This document shows, piece by piece, positions 1 through 12,765 of a stretch of DNA of 64,000 nt. This DNA comes from Octopus sinensis. Its lineage: Eukaryota. How positions within the stretch are numbered: position 1 is the stretch's first letter; each line of letters begins with the position of its first letter. Under the pieces are notes generated by a model, which worked only from the letters and a program-made list of their open reading frames with translations, did no database searches and had not been told where the DNA came from. A program made the position numbers and the translations under genes. The stretch is from assembly GCF_006345805.1 (NCBI RefSeq), contig NC_042999.1, positions 97,960,001 to 98,024,000 on the forward strand, written 5' to 3'.

Positions 1-109
1 ACCTCTAGAGGTCATAGTAGGCGAAACTAACAATCATCTCCCCAGACAGTGGAATTAATAAACAACAACAATATATATTCATTTAACGCATATATAGATT
101 CATACCTAC

Positions 110-415
110 GCAACATACATACATACACACATACATACACACATTCCATTCATACATATATATATGTATATATACGAAGATCATGCAGTCTGATATGTGT
201 GTGTGTGCGTGTGTGTGTGCGTGCGCGCGTGTGTGTGTGCGTATGTGTGTGCGTGTGTGTGTGCGTGTGTATGTGTATGTAATATGTGTGTGTGTATGTA
301 TATCTATATGGATAAGTTTACATTCACACATATACATACGCCTATACGGACACAAATACACTCTCAGTTTGCGAGCGAAATCCGTATATTAAAATATGTA
401 AATATGTGTGTGTGG

Positions 416-448
<33 letters not shown>

Positions 449-560
449 TGTATGTATGTATGTATGTATGTATGTATGTATGTATGTATGTGTGCATGTA
501 TGCATGTATGTATGTATGTATGTATGTATGTATGTATGTATGTATGTATGTATGTATGCA
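110..560. repeat. Compound microsatellite (CA/TG)n and (TATG)n
   Basis: Directly visible tandem repeats; they explain the HTYI/CMYV ORFs. Confidence 0.95.
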
Positions 561-3254
561 TTTGGGTGATGTGTACACAAACATAATTGAAATTGTATGA
601 AACCAGGCGTATCGTATTAACAGAAGCAGTTTATTTAGTAAATACGAACGCATATACAGACATATTTGTATTTATCATCTGAGAGATCTGTTGCCTTGTG
701 GGTTGTTATGGTATCATTGACGTACTACTGGTCATTACGCAGTGATACTAAGGATTGCTGTTGCTTTTTTAGCCCCAGGTCATCTCTGTTCTATGACAAA
801 CTGCCATGACCACCTCATCGTTTCGTATATCTAGGTTACTGTTAGTAAACCGTATTAGCCCTGTTATTTCGAGATTTAATTTCTTTAATAATCCTGTTAT
901 TAGAGTGTCAATATTATATAGGGCCGTATTTTAGATTTAGGTAAATACCTATACATAAGCTTTTTATGACATGATATTGAAGGGGAATATTTGTTGCCGA
1001 AACTCATTGCACATCACCTAAAATCTCACGGCGCATCACTGCTGACACTAACCATCACTAACCTAAGGGACCACGTCGTGCAACTGGTCCTCCTTTTTGT
1101 AAGACAGTAGTGTGGTTTGATTTAAGGGAAATTTTACCTGTTATTTCTAGCATTTCAGGCGACCACATAAAGCGCCTTTCGTTGGCAAGATTACACATGC
1201 AGATCTGTGGTATTGGGCAGAATATTTGCTGTAACGATGTTTCTGCATCAACAACTCAGCGCTGAATCTGTCTGAAATATAATGAAAATAGGTCAGTTTC
1301 GAAATATTGATGTCCAGGTTACAAAAGCAAAGCTTGAAGGGAATAGTAGTCATTTCCTTTGATTTCTAGATAGAAGCAAATAAGAAATAACACTTACTGA
1401 ACAAAGACACACACACAAAAAAAAGAAAAGAAAAGAAAAGGAAATAAAAATATTGTTGCATAGTGTTATCATCTGCCCGTGACTGACACAGCCGATCGTT
1501 AGGGTGCCATACCCGATTCTCTCTCTGGTAGTCAGCACCTGCTACTGGTCCCTGTTCTTCGTCATATGCAGAAGTGTTGCGGTGTTGAGACCTGTCTGGC
1601 TCTCGAAATTGCGGCAGCAGCATTTTCTTTCCTTTTTTATTTTTTGGCCTTCCTTCAATTGTTCAGAATAGTTTTGGAGAGGGAGCCGTGGTATAGCTGT
1701 GGTGCTTGTACACCCAATCCACACAAACCAGAAGCAGGACTCAATAGAAACTATAGTGACCTGCCTCACGGTTAAGTCGATGAGTTTGGATAGTTCTGTA
1801 TTGTATACCGAGGAGGGAAGAGAAATACGACGTTTCGAGAAAAAAAAACTGCTTCATTTGAGAGAGAAAAGTGAAAAAAATTCTGAGGCGCAGAGCCAAT
1901 TCTGAAACGTGATATTTCCTTTCTTCTCAGGTCATATCAGCTTATTTAAACACGCGAACTTAACTGTGGTACCAATATACAACTACTTTGACTGATCTCT
2001 AGTAGTTACTCTAAGGAAATTTTGCGATAACATGATTTTCCATTGCCTTGGCTCTACAAGTTAAGGAACAACTTTTCAAAGCGCCGGTTTTATTTAGAGC
2101 AGTGTGTTGTTTGTGGCACCTATATGATGGATTCCCTCCTTGTTTCCAACGATAAGCTTTCAGATATGCTTAATACCACAGATTTGCTTGTCAGTTGCTT
2201 GACGTTAACCACTTGAGCATGTCCCTTAATGGTACACAATTAGTGCATCACTGATCACGAGCAGATGTAGTGGGGGAGCATCATTGCCCTGTGTTGAGAG
2301 GGAATCTTTGCGGGTTTGAATAAATGTAACGAAAGCAAAGTTTGAAGGAAATATCAATTTTTCATATTTGCTAGGGGTAAGCAAATAAAAAATAACAGTT
2401 GCTGCTCGAGGACAAAAAATTGTGTTACACAGTGTAATCTATCGAAATATAGATATTGTACGATGGTATAGAACTTACTACTGTTGGTTGACAACTTATG
2501 ATGGTATAATTCACTGTCATGTCACAAAATCCCTCTCATGTCAAGTCATTAGTGGCAGTAACTTTGGTTACCAAGATTTTTCAGTGCGTAAAATAAATAT
2601 ATTTCGTATAAATTGTTTTAAAAAATGTTTACAGTCTTCAATTGGTTCAAGAATAATGCATCACTTAAGAATTGTGGTACCCAAGCAAGCTATAAATGGT
2701 TCAAGCTGAACTTCATAAATTGTATAAATGTATAATAAATAAATAAATAAATAAATATAGAACAACATTTGAATTTATTCTTACATTTAAAAAAAAAATT
2801 GGGGGAAGGGCAAGAAGATTTTTATATTTATTTCAAAACATTATTCTAATGTGCATAATTACTCTCAGTGAATTACATTTCTAATACGTAAGTTTTATCA
2901 AAGTGTATTGAAGCGCAACGTCTGTCTATTGCTGTGTATTTTTTCTAAGAAATAGACTATAGTAAATATATTTAATAAGTTTATTTCTAAGATGAGATTA
3001 GCATACATAGTCATTGTTGGCACACCCAAATTATTGAGGTTGATGTGGTTAACGCTCAATTTGAACACATAACAATCGATGTGTTCAGAAAACATTTGGG
3101 CAAGTTGGAAATTATAGGTTACAACCGTGAGTGGGGAAAGGTTGAGAAAAAGCTGTTGGTTCCGGATCTGAAAAGAATCAGCACATATGTTTTGAGGCTT
3201 TTTTTTTTTTGTTTTTAGGAGAGGCAATAATAATTGCTATAGATTATTGTAATA

Positions 3255-4398
3255 ACTGTATATTATTACTATACATCTAATATGTTGACCAGTGAACTTT
3301 TTTTTATTCCTGATTGAAGCGCTCTGCAATAAAGTTTTGTGTTAAACTGGGCATAAACGCTACAGAAACTTATGAAATGCTCCAGACTGCTTTTGAATCA
3401 ACTTGTATGAGCCGAATATCTGCTTTTGCTGGCACAAGAGGTTCACGAACGGTAGAGAGAAGGTGAAAGACGATGAGAGGTGATGAAGGGAGCGGGACGT
3501 CAGAATATCAGAAATGGTTGAGAAAAAATTACAATTTTCTGGATGAAGACCACCATATGTCTATAAAGACAATCAGCATACGGTTTTGAGTTGATGTAGC
3601 AACTGTACACAGAATTATTTATGAAGATCTGAACGTCTGCATATTTGTGTAAAGTCTGTTCCCGGGTGTTCAGTGACGAACAGAAAGAAAGACCCGTTGG
3701 TGACAGCAGGAACATAGTTGAGTTCATTATCTCCAATCCAAGACTACTTGAGTCTCTGGTGGCCTGTGATGAAAGCTGGATTAACTGTAAGGATCCAGAC
3801 ACTAATAGGAGGAGTGCTCCATGGAAGTATCCTGGTTCCCCAAGACCTATGACGCTCAGGTAAAGCAAGTCCACCGGGATGATCCCCTTTTTTGACAGCA
3901 AGGGCACATCTACATCCAATGGGTTTCCTCTGATCAGACCGTTAACAAAGTGTCTTTGTGGACGTTTTGAGGCAATTCAAAAAGAGAATTCATTGCAAAC
4001 GGCTTGAGCTCTTCCACTCGGATCGGTAGCACCAACACCAGGATAATGCACCAGTTCACAATTCCATCCTGGTACAAACTACTTGACAGAGATGGGCATC
4101 AAAAATTTCCCTCACCTCCCTATAATTCAGACCTTGCTCTCTGTGCTTTTGGTTGTTTTCCAAGCTGAAGGGGAACCTCAGGGGCAGTCGTTTTGAAGAT
4201 ATTGAATAAAAGGAGAAGGATGTGACAAGGGTCTTGGATACTTTCACTCTAGAAGACTCCCATGGAGCCTTCATGAAGTGGCTACAGCTCTACAGGGGCA
4301 TCGAAGTAAGAGAATTCTGCTTTGAAGGAGATTAAAGTTTTTACTTGTTTGAAATTAATAAATGTCTCTTCTGAAAATGTCTCAAAACTTCCATGTAA
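3255..4398 (+). mobile_element. Degenerate mariner (DD34D-type) transposase fossil
   Basis: Fragments translate to AIKFCVKLGINATETYEMLQTAF (HTH), CDESWI..DPDT..WKYPGSPRP, HQDNAPVHNSILV and a YSPDLAP-like PYNSDLALCAFWLFSKLK, with many stops and frameshifts. Confidence 0.85.
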
Positions 4399-4449
4399 AT
4401 AAGATGTGCTGTAGGATTTTGGTGCGGGAATATTTTCCTATTCAGATGA

Positions 4450-5385
4450 TGGCCTAGAATGTGAAAGAATTATTAACACCAGATGTATAAGGATATCTAA
4501 TATTGCTACTGCCGAACATTTTCATCAAGAGGAATACTGTCGATGAAACCAATTCCAATGCATGAATATACTCGAGATTTGTTATGCTTGCTCTGGTAAA
4601 AGTTTTGAAGGGGACGCTCATAAATATTTCTTGTGTTGATATACATATACATTCAATAACAGGGGTATTATCTATATTGACCCGAGTGCAATCTTTTCTA
4701 TAGATAGCATTGTATATTGTTTTCGCAATAACATTACGCTGCAATAGGAGGTGGTAACTTGATGGCGTTTATGGGCAGCTGTTGATCACGAGCGTAATAT
4801 TTTTCCTATTTCTTTTGTCCAGTGTAGCTAAGTTCTACTCTTGGATTGTAAAAGAATAACCTTCAAAGTTTGGCATGTTGTAACGGCTTCGAGTGGAATG
4901 CTGAGTGTTTCTCTTCCAAGACTTTTGTTGCGGTATACTAGCGTAGTAATTCTGAGACCACATGAGAAGTTATCGGGAAGTAAATACTTCTTAAGGAGTT
5001 CAATACTGATTTATAGGATATTGTTCTTTTCACATTTGAATGTATTTTCACTAATACGTATTTGTAGAATTTGTCGCGTGAATCGCGAGAGACCGAAAGA
5101 CCACTGATGAGAATATTTTTGGTTTGGAGAACGGTTTCTGCGTTCAGTTATCAAATATCGCCAAATTCCATCTCCACATCAGAAAATGTAACTAAATCCA
5201 GTTATTTTTCAGCATTGTACATTTTTCGGGTATAGATCTTGAAATCGACTACAAAGAAATCATGGGTTACTCTGGTGTCTCTTACTGTTAGCATATGGTC
5301 AGTGGATTTTCCTAAAATGAAAAGAAGCGCAGACAGACTGTCTCTGGAATATTACCTTTAAGATATTTATATCAGAGATATGAAT
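4450..5385 (-). mobile_element. R4/Dong-like RLE non-LTR retrotransposon fragment
   Basis: Minus strand gives FEGYSFTIQE and QRNVIAKTIYNAI, homologous to MRHDVVAKTIYNSI near 33615. Its 5' end abuts the (TATG)n array at 5390-5500. Confidence 0.7.
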
Positions 5386-6137
5386 TTATGTACGTACGTA
5401 CGTACTTACTTACTTATGTATGTATGTATGTATGTATGTATGTATGTATGTATGTATGTATGTATGTATGTATGTATGTATGTATGTATGTATGTGTACG
5501 TACGTGTACGCGTGTGAGCGTGTGCTTACATTCATTGAGTGATATATAATCTTGATGTGGATTTGCTCATTTCTTTCATGGTATTCTTTCTGCTCCACTC
5601 CTTCGTCTCTCCTTCCCACCACGTTACCACCTAATATCACCACCACCACCAAAACCACCACCACCACCACCACCACACCACCACCACCACCACCGCCTCC
5701 GCATCGTTATCATTAAGTGCATATCGGCTTTATCGGCTAATAAAAAAATAATCTCGAGTTTGTTTAATTTCCTTTTCCTTAATTAATATCTTGCTAATTA
5801 ATATTTATCTAATTCTCTAATGCTGGTTAATGTATTAATTCTATTAATTTGAAAGTTCGGCAGACAAGAATACGATTGGTTGTCAGCCAGAACACGTCAG
5901 CAATGTTATTTCCTTTGCAGCTGTCTCATTGCTATGACATCCTATAATTAATATGAGATTTTGAGGAATTCATGAGCAGTGAAAAACAGTTGCAAAGGTT
6001 TGAGACGTGTTCCAGAAGAATCGAATACCGCATCAGGGTTTCTATATTTGCTTGACGTCGATAGTACACACTTGGGAAAACCACGAATGACGCTGCTGTC
6101 CATTTTCCCGGTTAATTTGAAAACAAAAAGTGTCTAT

Positions 6138-6292
6138 GTGCAGGGGTGACTGTGTGGTAAGAAGCTTATTTCCCAACCTCATGGTTCCAGGTTCAGTTCC
6201 ACTGCGTGGCACCTTGTGTCGTCTGCTATAGCCTCAGCCGACCAAAGCCTTGTGAGTGGATTTGGTAGATGGAAACTGAAAGAAGCCCGTCG
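6138..6292 (+). mobile_element. SINE family A (tRNA-derived head, CORE-like box), 5' part
   Basis: tgtgtggtaagaagctt...ggttcagttccactgcgtggcacc...gaaactgaaagaagcccgtcg recurs at 7803, 18883, 47077 and 55275. Confidence 0.85.
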
Positions 6293-6499
6293 CTTTCAAC
6301 ATCAACATCACCGCCACCACTACTACTACCACCACCACCACCGCCATTGTCACTGCTGCCGCCGCCACCGCCACCGCCTCCACCACCGCCGCCGCCGCCG
6401 CCGCATGACAACTGACTATAGTCCTTGGACTATTGCTATAGCGACAAGATCTGTAAAAAGACACCAACAATGTCCAGACAAGGGGTCATGAAGTTGTTG

Positions 6500-6685
6500 C
6501 TTTTATAAAATGTAGCCAAAGATCTCTCTCAAATCACATCTTCCCGCCTTAGAAAAGACACATTGGCTAATACGGTTGTCTGTCTGGGTTCCCTTCATAT
6601 AGGAAAACGATAGGATAGACATTGCTGGAATGTCTACGATCATGTCAAAGATCTGCCTGGTCAGGGTTGACCTGGGGCTAAACCT
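6500..6685 (-). mobile_element. Dispersed repeat family E
   Basis: gttgacctggggctaaac and tagccaaagatctctctcaaatcaca motifs recur near 770, 1100, 17710-17900, 25040-25305, 26920-27050 and 57715-57905. Confidence 0.65.
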
Positions 6686-6767
6686 TACTGAAGTTATTTT
6701 TCGATGTTAAAACTTTGTTTTTAAATTTTTTATACCACCTGGATATTGAAATCAATTAATTTTATAT

Positions 6768-6861
6768 GGCGGCGAGCAGGCAGGTCAGTTAGCAAGTTGA
6801 GCAATATGCTTAGCGGCATTTCTTCTGGGTTTTACGTTCTGAGTTCAAATCCCGCTGAAGT
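6768..6861 (+). mobile_element. SINE family B, 5' fragment
   Basis: ggcggcgagcaggcag...tttacgttctgagttcaaatcccgctgaag matches the family B head. Confidence 0.7.
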
Positions 6862-7433
6862 AAATTTATATACAGCTATATAAGTACATATTTGAATACG
6901 CTTGCTGCTCTCCTTTTTATATATTTTAGGTCTAATAACAATAATGGTTGTTGTGGGTTCTCCGTCGGTCTCAATGATGGCAATTCAGTTGATCAACCAA
7001 CGGAATTCATACTCGTGAAATATATAGGTAAGCGGCTGAATATACCTCAGATATGTGTACCTGGTCGAATTGGTGTGACACAATGAGACAAACCTGCTTC
7101 TTTGATTTATAGGAACAGTTCAAAGAGAAGGAGAGAAAAAATAAGAGAGAAGAATAGAAAATAGTACTAGATCAACACTTCAAGATTCCACAAACAATGT
7201 ACAGCAAAGTTAACTTCAGCAAGATTTGAACTCATTGCACAGAAAGATGGAACTGATACCTCAAAGCATCTTTTCCAGCACAAACAATTTTGTCAACTTG
7301 CCGCTTTATAATTAGTTTCATCCTCCTTCTCTTCGCCGTCGCCGTCATCGTCGTCACCACCACCACCACCACCACCATCACCACCTTTTGCAGCAGCTGT
7401 AGTAGTCGCTATTGTCATCATAGTAGTAATAGT

Positions 7434-7468
<35 letters not shown>

Positions 7469-7802
7469 TAGAACAGTGGCGTATTACTGGAAGATGGTCA
7501 TTCCCCTAACATTAACCCATTATATTTTAATCAGTAACATGTTATAATCGATCTTTTTGTTTTAATTATTCTTTGTTTTTATAATTCATTTTTATATATA
7601 TCTACTTTATAATCACGATCATCCCTAATCAAATCATTAATTGCTGCCGAACGAAGTGAATCAAGCACGCACATACGCACGCACGCACGCACGCACACAT
7701 GTGCACGTATGTATGTACGTATGTATGTTTGCATGTGTGTTTTTATGTGTAGGAGTAAAATATTTTAATCGGCAAATAAAGTTACACACATACACACACA
7801 TA

Positions 7803-7951
7803 CAGGCGTGGCTGTGTGGTAAGTTTGCTTCCCAATCACATGGTTCTGGGTTCAGTCCCACTGCGTGGCACCTTCGCCAAATGTTTTCTACAATAGACTC
7901 GGGCCGACCTTGTGAGTAGAATTGGTGAGCAGAAAATGAAAGAAGCTCGTC

Positions 7952-8009
<58 letters not shown>

Positions 8010-8012
8010 TAT

Positions 8013-8050
<38 letters not shown>

Positions 8051-8210
8051 CGCGCGCGCGTGTGCTTGTGCCTGTCACCCCACTGCTGCTTGATAACTGG
8101 TGTTTGTGCGTTTACGTCCACGTAAACTAGCGGTTTAATTCGACTAAAATTTGACAAGGCGGTGGTGCCCCAGCATGGCCGCAATGTGATGACTGAAACC
8201 AGTGAAACAT
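7803..8210 (+). mobile_element. SINE family A with internal (TA)n(TG)n
   Basis: Head, internal microsatellite and tail ggcggtg..cccagcatggccgca..gactgaaac. Confidence 0.85.
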
Positions 8211-8216
8211 AAAAAA

Positions 8217-8250
<34 letters not shown>

Positions 8251-8254
8251 GTCG

Positions 8255-8612
8255 TGGCGCTCCGTCGGTTACGACGACGAGGGTTCCAGTTGATCCGATC
8301 AACGGAACAGCCTTCTCATGAAATTAACGTGGCTGAGCATTCCACAGACCCGTGTACCCTAAACGTAGTTCGCGGGGAGAGTCAGCGTGACAAGGCTGGC
8401 CCTTTGAAATACAGGTGCAACAGAAACAGGAAGAAAGAGTGAGAGAAAGTTGTGGTGAAAGAGTACAGCAGGGTTCAACCCCACCCCACCGGAGCCTCGT
8501 GGAGGTTTTAGGTGTTTTCACTCAATAAACACTTACAACGCCCGGTTTGGGAATCGAACCCGCGATCCTACGACCGCGAGTCCGCTACCCTAACCACTGG
8601 GCCATTGCGCCT
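8255..8612 (-). mobile_element. SINE family C, near full length
   Basis: Minus strand starts aggcgcaatggcccagtggttaggg with B-box ggttcgattccc. The head matches 14602 and the tail matches 60110, 6955, 27760 and 52540. Confidence 0.85.
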
Positions 8613-8827
8613 TTTTGTCCGAGTCAGACACCATGATTGATCGTTAGCCACTACACACATTTTTTTCTCTCCTTGTTTCTCTCATTGTTTTTTCTGTGCA
8701 CCTTTCTGTAGAAGAGCGTAGGCTCGAAACGTAAAAGACTTTTTCTATTCCTGAGCGCTATGTTAATACATCTGTTTGTTTTGTACACCACCTGTCTTCG
8801 ACTTTTGTTTATTTTCGTAAACTTTCC

Positions 8828-8831
<4 letters not shown>
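8613..8831 (+). mobile_element. Penelope-like pseudo-LTR remnant ending in (TA)n
   Basis: Homologous to 17310-17445, contains a hammerhead-like motif, and runs straight into (TA)n. Confidence 0.6.
8702..8737 (+). ncRNA. Minimal type I hammerhead-like motif (core CUGUAGA, A6U)
   Basis: cttt-CTGTAGA-a-GAGC gtag GCTC-GAAAC-GTA-aaag. Confidence 0.55.
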
Positions 8832-8920
<89 letters not shown>

Positions 8921-8922
<2 letters not shown>

Positions 8923-9540
8923 GAGGTTGCAATGGGTAAATTGTTGCCCTTTTATATTTTATATTTCGCGCATGAGCGTTGTTTGTTTTTGATTTTGTCG
9001 ACTACACAGTATAATAGGGTCAGTTGGGCTCCGTCTATGAGAAAAACAGCACCATGATGCAATTCACTCTGCCAGAAATTTGGAAACGACATGCTGTACC
9101 GCTTGGCATTCGCGCTGGAAGTTCCAATACGAACATTTCAGTGTTTGGATGTCAATCTGAGAACATGTACCGAGAATGATAAAAATCAAACATTCACTCA
9201 ACATCATGGTGTTTGGAGTGATCACTAGTGATGGCAACATTATGCCTCCATTTATCTACCCACACGGCCTCAGACTTGACACAGCGGCTTAAATCAAGTG
9301 TGTGGTGGAAGTAGTGCTACCCTGGGTCAAGACGGTGTTGCTGGAGGACCCTGTGTCTGGCAACAAGACTCTGCACCATGCCACACAAGCAGGAGAACCT
9401 AGTCATGGTTGTCAGACAATTTCTGCGACCACGTCACCCCTAACTTCTGGCCATCTAACTCCCAAAACTGCAACCCCCTTGATTATAATGTGTGGGGCGG
9501 AGCTGAGCGAGAGACCAGCAAAACTCCTTGTAACACTCTT
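8921..9540 (+). mobile_element. Tc1/mariner superfamily (maT/DD37D-like) transposase remnant
   Basis: MVFGVITSDGNIMPPFI, WQQDSAPCH, FWPSNSQNCNPLDYNVWG; same type as 53575-54466. Confidence 0.8.
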
Positions 9541-9608
9541 TAATATTTCAAGATATTATACAAGTTTGATAAATGAATCTGTTGAAATGAGATACCAGTG
9601 TTATTTTC

Positions 9609-9674
<66 letters not shown>

Positions 9675-9675
<1 letters not shown>

Positions 9676-9860
9676 TTTATTTAAAGCAGCAGAAAATTCA
9701 ACAAAACCTGTTACTCTGAGTTTCACGTTCCCGTTCGTCGGACAATTTTTGCTAGAATAGAACCGATATCGGTTCTATTCTAGCAAAAACTGTCCGACGA
9801 ACGGGAACGTGAAACTCAGAGTAACAGGTTTTGTTGAATTTTCTGCTGCTTTAAATAAAG
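9675..9860. repeat. 186-bp palindrome (93-bp arms, no spacer), Penelope-type fold-back
   Basis: Centre gat|atc at 9767/9768; one mismatch seen; (TA)n on both sides of the 9672-9931 insert. Confidence 0.95.
9785..9832 (+). ncRNA. Type I hammerhead-like motif (core CCGACGA, U4C)
   Basis: aaaaactgt-CCGACGA-ACG ggaa CGT-GAAACTCaGAGTA-acaggtttt; stems I, II and III can all pair. Confidence 0.6.
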
Positions 9861-9931
9861 CATATTACTCTACCACTGGTATTTGAGTACTCTTTTTTCC
9901 ACCTTGTTTCACATTTATGTGTTTACTCCGG

Positions 9932-9996
<65 letters not shown>

Positions 9997-10295
9997 AAAA
10001 TGTATGTAAAAAATTCTAAGCCAGGTTATTCCTCTTTGTGTATGTGTATGTGTGTGCACTTACTTTAGAAAATTCGGCGGGTATTTTTGTTGAAAATTGG
10101 AGGACTCTTACATAATTTCTACAAGACTTGCTTTGTGTAGAGCCCGTAATATCAGTTTTTAACTGTATTATGGAGATTGTTTATGGTGAAGGGGAAAATA
10201 GGAGAGGAAAGTTGGCGAGGTAGTTTCGTGTTTAGCTCCTCAAAAGCTATTGAAATGTTTGAGCGTTTTGAAGATTTTGCAATTTTGAAAGTGAG

Positions 10296-10718
10296 GGTAA
10301 GTCTATTGCATCGACCCCAGTGTTCAACAGGTACTTATTTTATCGACTCCGAAAGGATGGAAGGCAAAATCATCCCCGGTGGAATTTGAACTCAGAACGT
10401 TAAGACGGATGAAATGCCGTTACACATTTTACTAATCATTTTGTCCGGCGTGCTAACGATTCTGCCAGCTCGCCGCCTTACAAGAGAGTAATAGTAATAA
10501 TAATACTTTCAACTGTAGGCACACGGCCTGAAATCTGGGGGAAGGGATTAAGTCGATTACATTGATCCCAGTTCGTAACTGGTACTTATTTAATCAATCC
10601 CGAAAGGATGAAAGGCAAAGTCGACCTCGGTGGAATTTGAACTCGGAACGTAGCGACAGACGAAATAGTGCTAACATTTCGTCCGGCGTGCTAACGATTC
10701 TGCCAGCTCACCGCCTTA
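10296..10718 (-). mobile_element. Two tandem SINE family B copies
   Basis: atcgaccccag..ggtacttattttatcgac..gaaaggatgaaaggcaaagtcgacctcgg..ctgccagctcgccgcctt at about 10296-10479 and 10508-10718. Confidence 0.9.
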
Positions 10719-10742
10719 CAATCGAGTAATAATAATACTCTA

Positions 10743-11618
10743 TCTATAATACACAGAAAGTCAGCTTGAATCTTGCTTGCTTGCTTGCTTGCAATGTTAG
10801 CCAGCCAAACTGGCGCATAATGGGAAAATACTATGAATTAAGTTGCCCCTGAAATTTTAATAGGAACGGAATAAAACAAGTTTCGCGTAAATCGGACTAG
10901 TAGTTTTTGAGATATTAGGGGTTTTCGGGGTATAAATACCCCAAAACGCTGCATGATGGAAAAATATTCAGAAAATAACTTAATCCTGAAAGAGAAGAAA
11001 CTTACTTTTCGATTAGACAGTAACTTGACAACGAAAAAGTACGATTTGCTTTTTACAGTTAATGTTTCTATTTTCACTTTTGTTAAACACAATATTTTAA
11101 TCATTTAGAAATATTTTTAAGTGAATGTGATTTCAAAAATGTTGCTTATACAGAACCGATTTATATTTTAGTCAATATTTTACTGTTTTTTTTAAATATT
11201 ATTTTCAAGTGAATACCATTACATAAATTTTGTTTCGCATATTCAGAAAATATTTTAAAGTGGAAATGACTTTAAAGTAAAATAATTTTTTTTTTCTATA
11301 GGATTTTTTCGAGTGCATTTAACGTATCTCACCACCAAAGATTTGGCTGCTATTTCCAGCATACCCTGCTACCACATAACAGCTATTTCGGATAAAGAAC
11401 TCGAAATACCTGTTACGTGGTAGCAGGGCGTGCAAGAAATAGCAGTCAAATCTTTCATTTTCTGGGGAAAGGATCCGTTTACGCGTAATTTCGATGTCAC
11501 ATTCATTGAAAGCATGCGAAATAACCCGGAAAAGAAAAAAAACAAAAAGAACCCACAAAACTTCGTTGCTGGGAAACTCAGACTTTCCCGGTGACCCAAC
11601 GGTTCACGGGTAGTCTAG
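10743..11618 (+). mobile_element. Non-autonomous Helitron-like element
   Basis: 5' a|TCTATAATA followed by (GCTT)n; 3' hairpin cccggtgacc-caac-ggttcacggg then CTAG|t; A|T target and no TSD. Confidence 0.65.
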
Positions 11619-12727
11619 TCATTAATAAAAATAATGGCTTCTAACATACACACAAGGTCTCACATTTTGTACTTGATTATATCGACTTAACTAGTATTTT
11701 ATTTTATTGACACCAAGCAGACGATGGGCAAGAGGGCATTTGAACTCTGAACGCAAAGATTAGAAGTTAATACTGCCAGACATATCGTCCGACGCTCTAA
11801 CAATTCTGCTACTTCACTACTAAAATTATAATCGTCTTAAAATAAAATGCTAGACTAGAAATTTGCTCGGAGAGAAATTGTTATTTATATCGACTCTAGT
11901 ACTTGACTAGCGTATACAAGTCATCTTTTAAATTGTCGGTGTACATCGTGCAAATAATGATTTATTAATATTGGATAATGTGGTTCCAAATATAAAAATA
12001 AATGCGAAATGATCACGGCTAGAACGCCTTTGATCATAGATAAGGTATACTCGATCAGAACTGATCGGTTGCTTAAACATCCAGGAAGAATGTAAATTTA
12101 TATCCAGCCAAAGTGAAGTAGTTTTGCACGAAAATATCACACACCCGGTCAGTCAATTGGTGGCAATACGGGAAGCTTACTGGTTGGTTCGTAAGCTTCC
12201 ACATCGACCGACGGCGACACAACCAGCTGTGACATTTCTGTTATAGGAGCAGTCAAAAGAAATTATTTCACGTTTGAGCGATTCAGCTACACACTGCTTG
12301 CTGTGTTGACTGTGAAATGAAGTAGCGGTAACAGTTAATTGTTAAACTGCTTGTTGGAGTTTGTTAACAATTAAGGTTAAGACATTCATTGCTGTTCCAG
12401 CATTGTTTGAGGTGACAGTTGACATGGGCGACACATGAGGGCTACGGTGACAGTTGGCGTTTGTTACATGACAAATGTTTTGTTTGTTAAGAAACATATT
12501 GACGGCGGTTGTGCTGCTCATTCAAACGTCACACATCTCATTTAAGTCCTTCCTCACAGTAGGTGTTGTGTGTTTATGTATTCAGTGTGTTTGTCTGTCT
12601 GCCGCCACCACCTCTCTCTCTCTCTCTTCATATATATGTAACTTAGATAATTTAGATATATTTCGGCCAAAGATTGGCCTAGGCCATGTCAAATTTAATA
12701 GCACCATCTAATAAGATTTGTTAAGTC

Positions 12728-12762
<35 letters not shown>

Positions 12763-12765
<3 letters not shown>

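Noticed and set aside
12650-12697. Minus-strand TTGACAT-GGCC..GGCC-GAAA hammerhead-like motif
   Set aside because: Stem I does not pair and A9 is lost; at most a decayed relic.
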